Assembly (NCBI GenBank): GCA_046538485.1
Contig: JBKHIT010000005.1
Location: 95,039-159,038, forward strand
Length of the DNA stretch: 64,000 nucleotides
Source: Candidatus Brocadiia bacterium
GTDB lineage: Bacteria > Planctomycetota > Brocadiia > SM23-32
Direction of reading: 5' to 3'
The notes beneath the pieces were generated by a model. That model was not told where the DNA came from and searched no databases. It saw only the letters and a program-made list of their open reading frames with translations. Shown in pieces: positions 39,668 through 48,236 of the stretch. Within the stretch, counting starts at the first letter, position 1; every line of letters starts with the position of its first letter. Position numbers and translations under genes: made by a program.

Positions 39668-40399
39668 TCAGGGCGTCCGTTGAACCGATGGCGCACCCGA
39701 CGTGATTTTGTAGTCGGCCTCTACCTCTTTCAGAACAGATACGATTCCCTGAGCCGTAACGTCCCCGATTCCATCGACTTCGTTCAGCTTCTTTTCTGAG
39801 GCCGTCATCACGTCCCGGACCGACCCGAATGTTTCCAGAAGTTTCTCCGCCCTTTTGGGACCAATCCCCGGCAGGCTTTGAAGGATGTGCAGCTGTGTTT
39901 TGCGTTTTCCTTTTGGGCGATAACCGCCTCTCGGGAAGTTCCCCGATGCGATACGGTGTTTCTGACGCTCCGTGAACACGATGAGCCGTGCAGTTTCCTC
40001 GGGACAAAGCGAGCGCAAAATGGGCACACCGAACCCAACAGTGACGGCGATCAGAGCGCCCTGGATCGATTCTCGTTTGATATCCATATCTTCAAGCTGG
40101 GATGTGGTACCTTCCAGGATCAACACCCCGCGACAGGCAGATCTTTTCAAACGCGAGATTTGAGAGAAAAGTCTGCCGTCGATGATGGAGATGGCCAGAT
40201 CCCGCAAGGTTTTGCGTTCGAAAAGCAGAGATGAATGCAGCTGGTAATCTCCCAACTCAAGATGAGTTACGGTGGTTGATACGTCCGGAACGGTTTTCAG
40301 ATGCTCCAGCACCCCGCTCCCCTTCTCTCGATCATCAACGAGGATACGGATGGGATTTTTGTCTTCGGCCGACAAGTTTCCACGGGAATGTTTGCTCAT
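39668..40399 (-). CDS. Stand-alone ERCC4/XPF-type structure-specific nuclease with tandem HhH motifs
   Basis: VDDRE, L.LGDY, ERKT..DL..SIIDGRL..Q. HhH motifs LPGIGPKRA and VDGIGDVTA. Confidence 0.9.
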   Translation of the reverse strand: MSKHSRGNLSAEDKNPIRILVDDREKGSGVLEHLKTVPDVSTTVTHLELGDYQLHSSLLFERKTLRDLAISIIDGRLFSQISRLKRSACRGVLILEGTTSQLEDMDIKRESIQGALIAVTVGFGVPILRSLCPEETARLIVFTERQKHRIASGNFPRGGYRPKGKRKTQLHILQSLPGIGPKRAEKLLETFGSVRDVMTASEKKLNEVDGIGDVTAQGIVSVLKEVEADYKITSGAPSVQRTP

Positions 40400-40558
40400 T
40401 ACTTCTCCCCATTTGAGGCAGTAGCTGCACCAGACCGTTCCATTTGCGGATTAAACGGAAGCCATTCTGTCTGCAGTCCCAAACCTGTTTCAAAAAGACA
40501 TTTACACCTGGGTACAGGGCATCTATAATAAAGGGAGGAGACATGGAAAGGAAAGTTT

Positions 40559-43273
40559 ATGTCATTAGAGTCCGCCAAATCGAACCGGAGAGATCCGGTT
40601 TTGGATAAGATCGACAGCATTCGCTCGAAGGCTCAGACACGGGCGTTGTTGTGGGGGTATATGGCGGCTTTTGTGGTAGCGGTCGGGTTTGTATTCGTGG
40701 GTGTAGTTCTTGACCACTGGCTGGTGCTTCAGTCATGGGGCCGGACGGCTTTCTTCTGGTCTTTCCTCACGCTATGTGCGCTGGGGACGGTTCTGGCCAC
40801 AGTTTTCCCCCTTGTTTCCCGAATGAGTCGCTTATTTGTGGCCCGGCGAATCGAGTCCGAGTTCCCGGATCTGAAGAACAGTCTCATCAGCTATTTGCAG
40901 TGCCGAGGCGACAAGCGGCTTCCGTCAGAGATAAGAAGACTGCTCCGGGAAAAAGCTTATTCGCGGGTGAAATCCGTCGACGAGGAGATGTTATCGGAAC
41001 CGCCGTTGAGCCGCTTTGTGCCGTGGCTAATGATCGCTTGCGTCATTTTGTTTGGCATTTACGGCGTGGCTTCGCCGAAGAGCGTGCCGGTAAGCTTGAA
41101 ACGATTGTTCAAGCCGATGGCGTCGATTCTCCCTCCCACTCGCACGCGGGTAACATCGGTTCAACCCGGAGACGTGTGGTTGTTGAAAGGGGATCGAATT
41201 TCGGTCAGAGCCCATATCAAGGGACAAAAACCGGACCACGCGGCTGTTATCTGGATCGGACCGGATGGGGCCGAAAAGCGCTTCTTACTTTCAAAAAGCA
41301 CTGACGAGGTATGGACGGGCGTTTTTCCCAATATGCTCGAGGATTCGAGCTATTACGTGATCGCCGGGGATACTCGTTCCGCGCAATATTCGATCACCAC
41401 ACTTCCACGGCCGGCGGTTACCGGTGTGAATATCTCTCTCGTTCCTCCCGATTACACGGAATTGCCGGAGCGATCTTTGGAGGAGGGAAATTTCGAGACG
41501 GTTGCCGGGGCTCAGGTGAATTTAACCGCCCGAACCAATTTGCCGCCTGCGGGCGGGAAAATTACGTTTGGATCGGGGGAGGGTGTCCCAATGGTAACGA
41601 CGGAGGACGAAAGGGTTCTCAGGACCGATTTCACTGTGCGGCAATCCGATACCTACCGGATTTTTTTTAAAACCAGTGAGTATCCCGACGGATCGGTTTT
41701 CGAGAACGATTCGCCGTTGACGTATCATATAACCTGCCGTAATGACCGAGCTCCGGTGGTGCGAATTCTGGCGCCGGACAATGGCGTTCAAAAACAGTCC
41801 GATAGCAGAGTTGCTGTTGTCTACGGGGCGAAAGACGATTACGAGGTGACGTCCCTCTGGCTTTTTTACGAAGTCCAGGGTGGGCAGACGGATGTGGCTC
41901 GCATCCCTCTTGAAGAGACGGGTCCGAAAATCGATGGTCAATATGAATGGGACCTTTCGGAGCTTTCTCTAAATCCGCCGGTCCTGATCAGATATCGACT
42001 TGAGGCCAGGGACAACTTTCCTGATTCCCCTCAAGTGGGGATCTCGGACAAGCGGACCATACAGGTCGGCCAATTTGAGGAACAAGAGCTGACTCAGGCT
42101 GGTGAAGAAGGCAGACCTGATGGCGAGCAGGAAAGCGAAAAAGGGACAGAAGACGAAAAATCGCCGGGGGAAACGAAAGACCAGGAAAAGGGAGCTGAAG
42201 GAGAGGCGGGGGAAGGAGAAGAGAAGAAAAATGGGGAAAACGAGAAGCTCGGTGGGGAAAGAGAAGGAGAGGAAAAAACGGGCGCTGAAGGCGATCAGAT
42301 GGACCGGGAGGCTCGAGAAAAACGTGCCCGAGAAATTGCCGAGGCGGCGGAAAAGGCCAGGCCTCGGGGGGAGAAGGCAGAGCTGGGACGAGAACAACAA
42401 GTAGCTGATGCGTCCGGTTCAGAGCCCTCCGAAGAAGGGAAGGGCGATCAAAAAGGCGATGGGGCGTGCTGCAAGGGTGGAGAAAAATCTTCGCCGGTGA
42501 GCAAGAACGGCGAACAAAGCGGCAAGGAATCCCGGGGTAGAGCAAAACAACAACAGAAACCGGGCGAGGCGGAAAAGGGTAGAAAGAAAAGCGGGAAAGC
42601 GGGAGAATCCTGTCGCAAAGGAGGGTCCGGTTCTGCCGGTCAACAGGGGGGAGACTCAGGTGGCGAGTCGTCCGGCAAAGGCCAGGGCGCGCAGGGAGAA
42701 AACAGCGGTAAGAGTGGTTCGCAGAGCGGTAGCCAGGCCGGAACAGGAAAAGACGGAGGTCAGTCGGCGGGATCAACTGGCGGGAGTGGGAGCAGTGAAG
42801 GAGAGGGGAGCAGGGTGACGGCCAACGCGGGCGGGAGCGGTGGTGGGGGTACCGGTGGTGCCCCTACTGGCGGAGAGCCTGCACGAAAAGGAGCGTTGCC
42901 CCCTTCAGAAATCGACGAGAAGTTACGCAATCTGCGACGTCAAATCGAAGAAGAAGGAGCGCCGAAAGATATGCTGCGGGAGCTGGGAATGAACGAGCGC
43001 CAGCTCAAGAAATTTTTGGATAATTATCTCGCCAAATCGCCCCGGCGGGAGGAAGAAACCGAAAAAGTTTCGGGAGCCGCGGAAAAACGAGAAGGGCGTG
43101 TACTCAAAGCAGGCGGGAAACGGGATAAGGATGTTGCTATTACAGACACCGCGCCCAAATCTGACGAAAAAGATGACCTGCGGAGCCGGTTTGAAGACGC
43201 AGAAGGCCGTTTGTCGCCCCGTTACCGTGAAGCCGTCGATGCCTACTACAAGAAACTCTCCGGAAGTCAATGA
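40559..43273 (+). CDS. Large membrane protein (DUF4175-like) with Ig-like domains and a long charged/Gly-rich linker
   Basis: Three TM helices, ARRIES.FPDLKNSLIS, PPDYT.LP, D.AP.V.I..P, A.DDY, YRLEARDN, C-terminal PRYREAVDAYYKKL. Confidence 0.75.
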   Translation: MSLESAKSNRRDPVLDKIDSIRSKAQTRALLWGYMAAFVVAVGFVFVGVVLDHWLVLQSWGRTAFFWSFLTLCALGTVLATVFPLVSRMSRLFVARRIESEFPDLKNSLISYLQCRGDKRLPSEIRRLLREKAYSRVKSVDEEMLSEPPLSRFVPWLMIACVILFGIYGVASPKSVPVSLKRLFKPMASILPPTRTRVTSVQPGDVWLLKGDRISVRAHIKGQKPDHAAVIWIGPDGAEKRFLLSKSTDEVWTGVFPNMLEDSSYYVIAGDTRSAQYSITTLPRPAVTGVNISLVPPDYTELPERSLEEGNFETVAGAQVNLTARTNLPPAGGKITFGSGEGVPMVTTEDERVLRTDFTVRQSDTYRIFFKTSEYPDGSVFENDSPLTYHITCRNDRAPVVRILAPDNGVQKQSDSRVAVVYGAKDDYEVTSLWLFYEVQGGQTDVARIPLEETGPKIDGQYEWDLSELSLNPPVLIRYRLEARDNFPDSPQVGISDKRTIQVGQFEEQELTQAGEEGRPDGEQESEKGTEDEKSPGETKDQEKGAEGEAGEGEEKKNGENEKLGGEREGEEKTGAEGDQMDREAREKRAREIAEAAEKARPRGEKAELGREQQVADASGSEPSEEGKGDQKGDGACCKGGEKSSPVSKNGEQSGKESRGRAKQQQKPGEAEKGRKKSGKAGESCRKGGSGSAGQQGGDSGGESSGKGQGAQGENSGKSGSQSGSQAGTGKDGGQSAGSTGGSGSSEGEGSRVTANAGGSGGGGTGGAPTGGEPARKGALPPSEIDEKLRNLRRQIEEEGAPKDMLRELGMNERQLKKFLDNYLAKSPRREEETEKVSGAAEKREGRVLKAGGKRDKDVAITDTAPKSDEKDDLRSRFEDAEGRLSPRYREAVDAYYKKLSGSQ

Positions 43274-44892
43274 AAAAACCTCTAAAACTACGTCGGTACC
43301 TGGTCCACTTCAGCAGTCACAATCTCCCACAGTTTTTCACCGATGTGCTGGTGATTGGAAGCGGTGTGGCGGGATTGAGCGCCGCCTTGGAGGCTGCCAA
43401 TAACGTTTCGGTTCTGCTTGTTTCCAAAGGCAATTTGAACGATGGGTGTACAAATGAAGCACAGGGAGGCATTGCCGTCGCGCTTGCTGAAAACGATAGT
43501 CCTGAACAACATTATCAGGATACCGTCGAAGTGGGAGATGGACTCTGCGATAAAGAAACTGTCCGCATTCTGACCGAGGAAGCTCCCGAGCGGGTGAAAG
43601 AACTCATGGACCTGGGAGTCGAGTTCGATCGATCGGATTCAAAACTTTCCTTCACGAGGGAAGGGGGGCATTCAGAGTCACGCATCCTCCATGCGAACGG
43701 GGACAGCACGGGGGAAGCTGTGGAGTCGGTCATCACTCAGCGGGCTCGCGATGGGGAGCGTATCGCCGCAAGAGAAGACACGTTTGCGGTCGATCTGCTC
43801 ACGCTTAATGGTACCTGCCATGGGGCTTTGATCTGGAACGCGGAACGAGGTCTGATGATGGTCAGGGCCAAGCAGACTATTCTCGCCACCGGGGGATGCG
43901 GGCAGATTTATCGGGAGACCACAAATCCTGCCGTGACGACCGGCGATGGCTTGGCGATGGCTCTCCGCGCGGGAGCAGGACTTCAGGATCTGGAGTTTGT
44001 CCAGTTCCATCCGACTGCCCTGTATGTCGCGGGGGCGTCAAGGGCTCTCGTCAGCGAATCTCTGCGGGGGGAAGGGGCAGTTTTGCGGAACCGCGACGGT
44101 GAGCGTTTTATGGAACGCTATCATCCTGATGGCGAGCTTGCACCGCGTGACACGGTGAGCCGGAGCATTATTCAGGAGATCAAAAGGACGGGCGATACGC
44201 ACGTGCTGCTCGATATTAGTGACAAATCGCGCCAGTATCTGGAGAAGCGTTTCCCCACAATCACGCGGTTATGTGATCGGTTTGAGATTGACGTTTCGAA
44301 GGACATGATACCGGTTCGGCCGGCCGCGCATTATCAGGTCGGGGGGGTTGCGACGGATGAACTTGGCCGCACAAGTCTGAAGAATCTACTTGCCTGCGGC
44401 GAGGTGGCCTGTACGGGAGTTCACGGTGCAAATCGACTCGGCAGCAATTCGCTCTTGGAAGGTCTGGTTTTCGGCCGCCGAGCGGGTGAAACGGCCGCCA
44501 AAATGTGCAGCAAAATGGAAAAGGCCCCGCCTCTACATGCCATTCAGGGCCTCCCTCAGGAACCGGCTTACGGATCGCTGAATCTCACTGACGTCAGGAA
44601 TTCGCTGTGCAGTCTTATGTGGCGGAGTGTGGGAGTCGAGCGGAACCAGGGGAATCTCGATGAAGCCTTCGATATGATAACATTTTGGTGCCGATACGTG
44701 ATGGACAAAGAGTTCGAGGAACCACAGGGGTGGCAGCTCCAGAATATGCTCACTGTGGCCCGGCTGATCACAATGTGCGCTCGACAACGGCAGGAAAGTC
44801 GCGGGGTTCATTACCGGACGGATTACCCGGAGACGAGCGAGCACTGGCAACGTCATATCGTGATGACCAAATCCGGCGAAGACTGGCTTTGA
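43270..44892 (+). CDS. nadB: L-aspartate oxidase
   Basis: GSGVAGL, AQGGIA, EGGHS..RILHA, LEFVQFHPT, SE.LRGEG, ELAPRD, GVHGANRLGSNSLLEG, ESRGVHYR.D. Confidence 0.96.
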   Translation: MKKPLKLRRYLVHFSSHNLPQFFTDVLVIGSGVAGLSAALEAANNVSVLLVSKGNLNDGCTNEAQGGIAVALAENDSPEQHYQDTVEVGDGLCDKETVRILTEEAPERVKELMDLGVEFDRSDSKLSFTREGGHSESRILHANGDSTGEAVESVITQRARDGERIAAREDTFAVDLLTLNGTCHGALIWNAERGLMMVRAKQTILATGGCGQIYRETTNPAVTTGDGLAMALRAGAGLQDLEFVQFHPTALYVAGASRALVSESLRGEGAVLRNRDGERFMERYHPDGELAPRDTVSRSIIQEIKRTGDTHVLLDISDKSRQYLEKRFPTITRLCDRFEIDVSKDMIPVRPAAHYQVGGVATDELGRTSLKNLLACGEVACTGVHGANRLGSNSLLEGLVFGRRAGETAAKMCSKMEKAPPLHAIQGLPQEPAYGSLNLTDVRNSLCSLMWRSVGVERNQGNLDEAFDMITFWCRYVMDKEFEEPQGWQLQNMLTVARLITMCARQRQESRGVHYRTDYPETSEHWQRHIVMTKSGEDWL

Positions 44893-44907
44893 GGAAAAGC
44901 CAGTTCA

Positions 44908-45107
44908 TCAGAGGGATTGGAATCCTCGGCAGATGTCCAGAACGCGCCGGGTCTGATCCATGGTTGTGTCGGGATAGGCGGTCAATCCCAGGATGAACCC
45001 GTCGTCTCCGATGAATTCTTTTCGATGTCGGTATACTTCGGCACGATCGGGATCCATTCGGGCATACCTCCCCGCATCGCCGTCAGCAGATTCTCACGCC
45101 GCGTCAT
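44908..45107 (-). pseudogene. 200 nt remnant of a UROD/MtaA-like gene with internal deletions (not in the ORF track)
   Basis: Frame 1 reads MTRRENLLTAMRGGMPEWIP. A shifted frame reads DPDRAEVYRHRKEFIGDDGFILGLTAYPDTTMDQTRRVLDICRGFQSL*. Starts 5 nt after the upstream stop with a GGAG RBS. Confidence 0.55.
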
Positions 45108-45112
45108 GCGAT

Positions 45113-46333
45113 TCATTGCTCCAGGCGGGGGACCATGTTGTCCTCGAAGATCACCGGATGGCTACCGTTTTCGAGACTCAGTCGTACGGCTTCGTTGACG
45201 GCGACGCCGACGAGGGCGTTGCGGGGCATGGCGCGCAATCCATCGGCCTCCCACCGATCGATCACTTTGCGGCGAATCTGCAGCGCTTCACTTTCGCTTT
45301 TGCCGTCGGTGGCTTTGTGGAGTTTCTGCACGTCAAAAATTCCCATCGAATTGCTTTCATACCCGTATCCGTTCCAGTCGGTTTCGCCCGGTTCGTTCCA
45401 GTCATCGAAGGGTTTCATAAAATTCGGGTTGTAATGTTCAAACCCTCCTTCATCGGTGACGAAATACAGGTTGCGATCGGCGTGATCCGCTTTGTATTCG
45501 CCTTTTGTCCCCTGGATCATCATGCCCTGCTGAGTCATTTTGGCGTTGTCGTCGGGACAAACCCAGGAGGTCTGGATCCAGAATGCGGCGTCGTTTTCCC
45601 ATTCAATGACGGCCTGATTGGCATCCCATGCGCTGCTGCCGTGCTCGGGAAGGAACTTCTTCTGTCCGAAACCGATGACGCGTCGGGGCATCAGACCTGT
45701 GACGTAATGGAACGCATCCGCGTAATGCGTCCCGATGTATTCGAAGGGACTCGACCGTTCGGCCCACCGGCGGAATTTGTCGAGCGGCATGTATTTTGGC
45801 TCTTCGATCCAGGCGTGTCCGTAGAGGATCTCGCCCAGTTCGCCCCGGCGGCAGCGATAGCGGAGCCCTCGCAGGGCACGGTCGCGACGTTTATGGTATT
45901 CGGTGTAAACGTAAGCCCCGAGCTCTTCGCTGCGTTCGATGATGCGCCGGGCTTCTTCGACTTTCAGGCAGAGCGGTTTCATGCAGACGACATCATGGCC
46001 GGCTTCGATGGAATCGAGAACCATTTTAGTGTGCAGGTCGTCGGGAGTCGTGACATAAACCAGGCCGTGTGCGCCCAGCTCTTGCAGCGCGTCTTTGTAG
46101 GCCTCGGGACAGCTTTCATCGGGTCCGTGGTCTTCTGGAGCGGGGAAACCTTTGAAATCTTCGTCGGGGAAGAGTTCTCGCAGGTGAGAAATCGTTGCGG
46201 CGCGGCGGCTGGCAACCGTCACTCGCCCGACACGCCCCGCCCTGCGGTGCTGGAAGATGGTGGGCAAAACACAGTCCTCGCAGAACATTCCACCGCCGAT
46301 TACCAGAACATCCAGTTTTCCGTCCCAGGCCAT
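45113..46333 (-). CDS. Gfo/Idh/MocA family NAD(P)-dependent oxidoreductase
   Basis: IGGGMF, TPDDLH, KPLCL, EYHKR.D, GELGEI, YIGTHYAD. Confidence 0.88.
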   Translation of the reverse strand: MAWDGKLDVLVIGGGMFCEDCVLPTIFQHRRAGRVGRVTVASRRAATISHLRELFPDEDFKGFPAPEDHGPDESCPEAYKDALQELGAHGLVYVTTPDDLHTKMVLDSIEAGHDVVCMKPLCLKVEEARRIIERSEELGAYVYTEYHKRRDRALRGLRYRCRRGELGEILYGHAWIEEPKYMPLDKFRRWAERSSPFEYIGTHYADAFHYVTGLMPRRVIGFGQKKFLPEHGSSAWDANQAVIEWENDAAFWIQTSWVCPDDNAKMTQQGMMIQGTKGEYKADHADRNLYFVTDEGGFEHYNPNFMKPFDDWNEPGETDWNGYGYESNSMGIFDVQKLHKATDGKSESEALQIRRKVIDRWEADGLRAMPRNALVGVAVNEAVRLSLENGSHPVIFEDNMVPRLEQ

Positions 46334-46348
46334 CTGTGAAATCCTTTC

Positions 46349-47149
46349 TTAGTCTTCCAGTTTAAGAATTTTTGCGGCCGTGTCCCACCAGACACTTTCT
46401 CGCAGGTGCGGAGCCAGATTCAGCGTGCCCATGAGCACTTCGTAGTCGTGAAGGACATCTGTAACCTGGCTGTAGGGGACATCGCTCCCGAACACGATTT
46501 TCTCCCAAGCCCAACGGCACTCGGGTCCCCGGTATGCCGTTGAGGGCGTCCACCACAGCAAGCTGCCCAGAAATTCGGGGGACTTTTTCTTGAGAGTCGA
46601 ACCGGAGAGGTCAAAGTACAGATTCGGGTTCCACCGACACGACATGGTGGCTTCATCGTACCAGGGATTCCCGAGGTGTGCGCCGACGATGCGCAGGTTC
46701 GGATGACAGCGGGCTATGTGGTCGAGGTGAATCGGCCGCATCAGATTTGAATCGCAATCCGACCACCGGTCTTTGTTGGCCACGATGCCGAGGTGGAAGA
46801 GGACGGGGAGATCGAGCTCTGCCGCCCGTTCGTAGACGGGAAAATAATCGGGGTGGTTGTAAGGCTTGTGAGGACCGATGAACTTGACACCGCGGAATCC
46901 GCTGTCACGGGCTTCATCCAGGGAATTCGGCCCGGCATTATCGAAATCGAAGCCGAAAAAGGGGATGAAAAGATCGGGATAATCCTCGGCAGCCTGCAGG
47001 GCGGTTTCGTTGTTGGCCGGTTCCCGTGAGGCGGGGAGTCCCTGCAGGACCACTTTTTCAATCTGGGTATCCGCGTAGGCCTCGGCCATAGCGCCTGCGC
47101 TGTTTTTCTCAGATATGTGCTGATGCATGTCGATGATACGTCTTGCCAT
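46349..47149 (-). CDS. Amidohydrolase_2 family metal-dependent hydrolase
   Basis: IIDMHQH, GFRGVKF, PVLFHLG, IVGAHLGNPW, YFDLSG, KIVFGSD. Confidence 0.88.
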   Translation of the reverse strand: MARRIIDMHQHISEKNSAGAMAEAYADTQIEKVVLQGLPASREPANNETALQAAEDYPDLFIPFFGFDFDNAGPNSLDEARDSGFRGVKFIGPHKPYNHPDYFPVYERAAELDLPVLFHLGIVANKDRWSDCDSNLMRPIHLDHIARCHPNLRIVGAHLGNPWYDEATMSCRWNPNLYFDLSGSTLKKKSPEFLGSLLWWTPSTAYRGPECRWAWEKIVFGSDVPYSQVTDVLHDYEVLMGTLNLAPHLRESVWWDTAAKILKLED

Positions 47150-47223
47150 TTTCTAATCTCCTCTGGACACGGCGAGGGCTTCGAGTACTTGCCGGTATTG
47201 AAACAAAGCTGGTCCACAAAAAC

Positions 47224-47400
47224 AAGGGAAGAGGTAGCCGGGAAACAGAGGAACAGGAGGGCAGGGGAGCAGGGAGGAGGAGAGCAGGCGAGCAGGGGAG
47301 CAGATGGGTATGCGATGGATCTGAAGAATCGTGGACGTGCTACCACTTGTCCAACGCCGTTTCCTGCTGTTTCCCCGCTCTGTTTTTTCCCGGTTGCTGC
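47224..47400. repeat. Purine/pyrimidine-skewed simple repeats (GCAGGGGA-like) with inverted arms
   Basis: GCAGGGGA GCAGGGAG...GCAGGCGA GCAGGGGA GCAG. 47234-47250 is approximately complementary to 47378-47397. Confidence 0.55.
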
Positions 47401-47408
47401 GGGGAAAA

Positions 47409-47484
47409 TGGCACCCCCTGCAGGATTCAAACCTGCGACTTTCGGCTCCGGAGGCCGACGCTCTATTCGCTGAGCTAAGGGGGT
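47409..47484 (-). tRNA. tRNA-Arg (anticodon CCG), CCA encoded
   Basis: Acceptor ACCCCCT/AGGGGGT, D arm GCTC/GAGC, anticodon arm TCGGC-CTCCGGA-GCCGA, T arm GCAGG-TTTGAAT-CCTGC, G73-CCA. 76 nt. Confidence 0.95.
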
Positions 47485-47497
47485 ACTGATGATTCGT

Positions 47498-47526
47498 ACT
47501 TTAACCGAGACATCGCAAGCTGTCAA
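47498..47526 (-). promoter_or_regulatory. sigma70 promoter of the tRNA-Arg gene
   Basis: TTGACA-17 nt-TAAAGT on the - strand, ending 13 nt before tRNA position 1. Confidence 0.75.
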
Positions 47527-47720
47527 TAATTACCGAGGAATTTGCGCTGTGGGTCGTTTCGTGGTTTGGTGAGTGTATAGTGGCTTTGGATTGCCACCGA
47601 TTCCCGTACGGGGGAGGGCGCAAATTCCTCTGGTTTCCCTGGGGAACCTCTTCAAAGCTCGTTATGTTACAGACCTCATGTTCAGCCGCAAAGATTGCGT
47701 AAGCGCAGACCCGTTTGTTG

Positions 47721-47835
47721 ACCGCGTTCTGAACTCCAGCCCCGCAGGGCGGTTCTGAAGTCCAGTCCGCTTACGGGAAATGTAGACTCGAGTTCAGCCG
47801 AGCCCGCCACCAGCGGGCAAAACCGGATCTTCAGG
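47721..47835. repeat. Composite repeat, module A plus module B
   Basis: ACCGCGTTCTGAACTCCAGC...CTGAAGTCCAGTCCGC then GTAGACTCGAGTTCAGCCGAGCCCGCC. Confidence 0.9.
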
Positions 47836-48236
47836 CCAAACGTAGTCCTCAGCGGCTTTCAAAGCCGGATTATGGGGTAAAAACTTCTTCATTCATCTCT
47901 AAATGCCGCCTGCACAAACACTTCTGATAAACGCAAATGGCTCTCTGAAGAATCTTTTCTGTCAATTGCTTCGCGGTCTTCTGCCTGTCGATTTACCTCG
48001 AACTGGCAGTGATTTTCAAATGGAGTCCTGCGCCAATATTTCTATTCAACACAGATAGCTCCATTGGCGGGGAAGATGAGGCGGGAGGCGTGCAAGAAGT
48101 TGCACAAGCGCAAGAAGCGCGATCGATTTCCGAGTGTATTTCGCTCCGAGCTTCGGTTCGTGAAGCACGCGCGGTTTGTGTATAATCACTTTTCCTCCAG
48201 TCAAAAGAAAACTGTGCTGAAAAGGAGACGGAACAG

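Noticed and set aside
40335..40620. Short Cys-containing ORFs between the ERCC4 gene and the membrane protein
   Set aside because: They overlap neighbouring genes and the divergent promoter region, and have no convincing RBS or motif.
47409..47484. tRNA as the attachment site of a genomic island
   Set aside because: No integrase is nearby, and I found no duplicated tRNA 3' end in the window.
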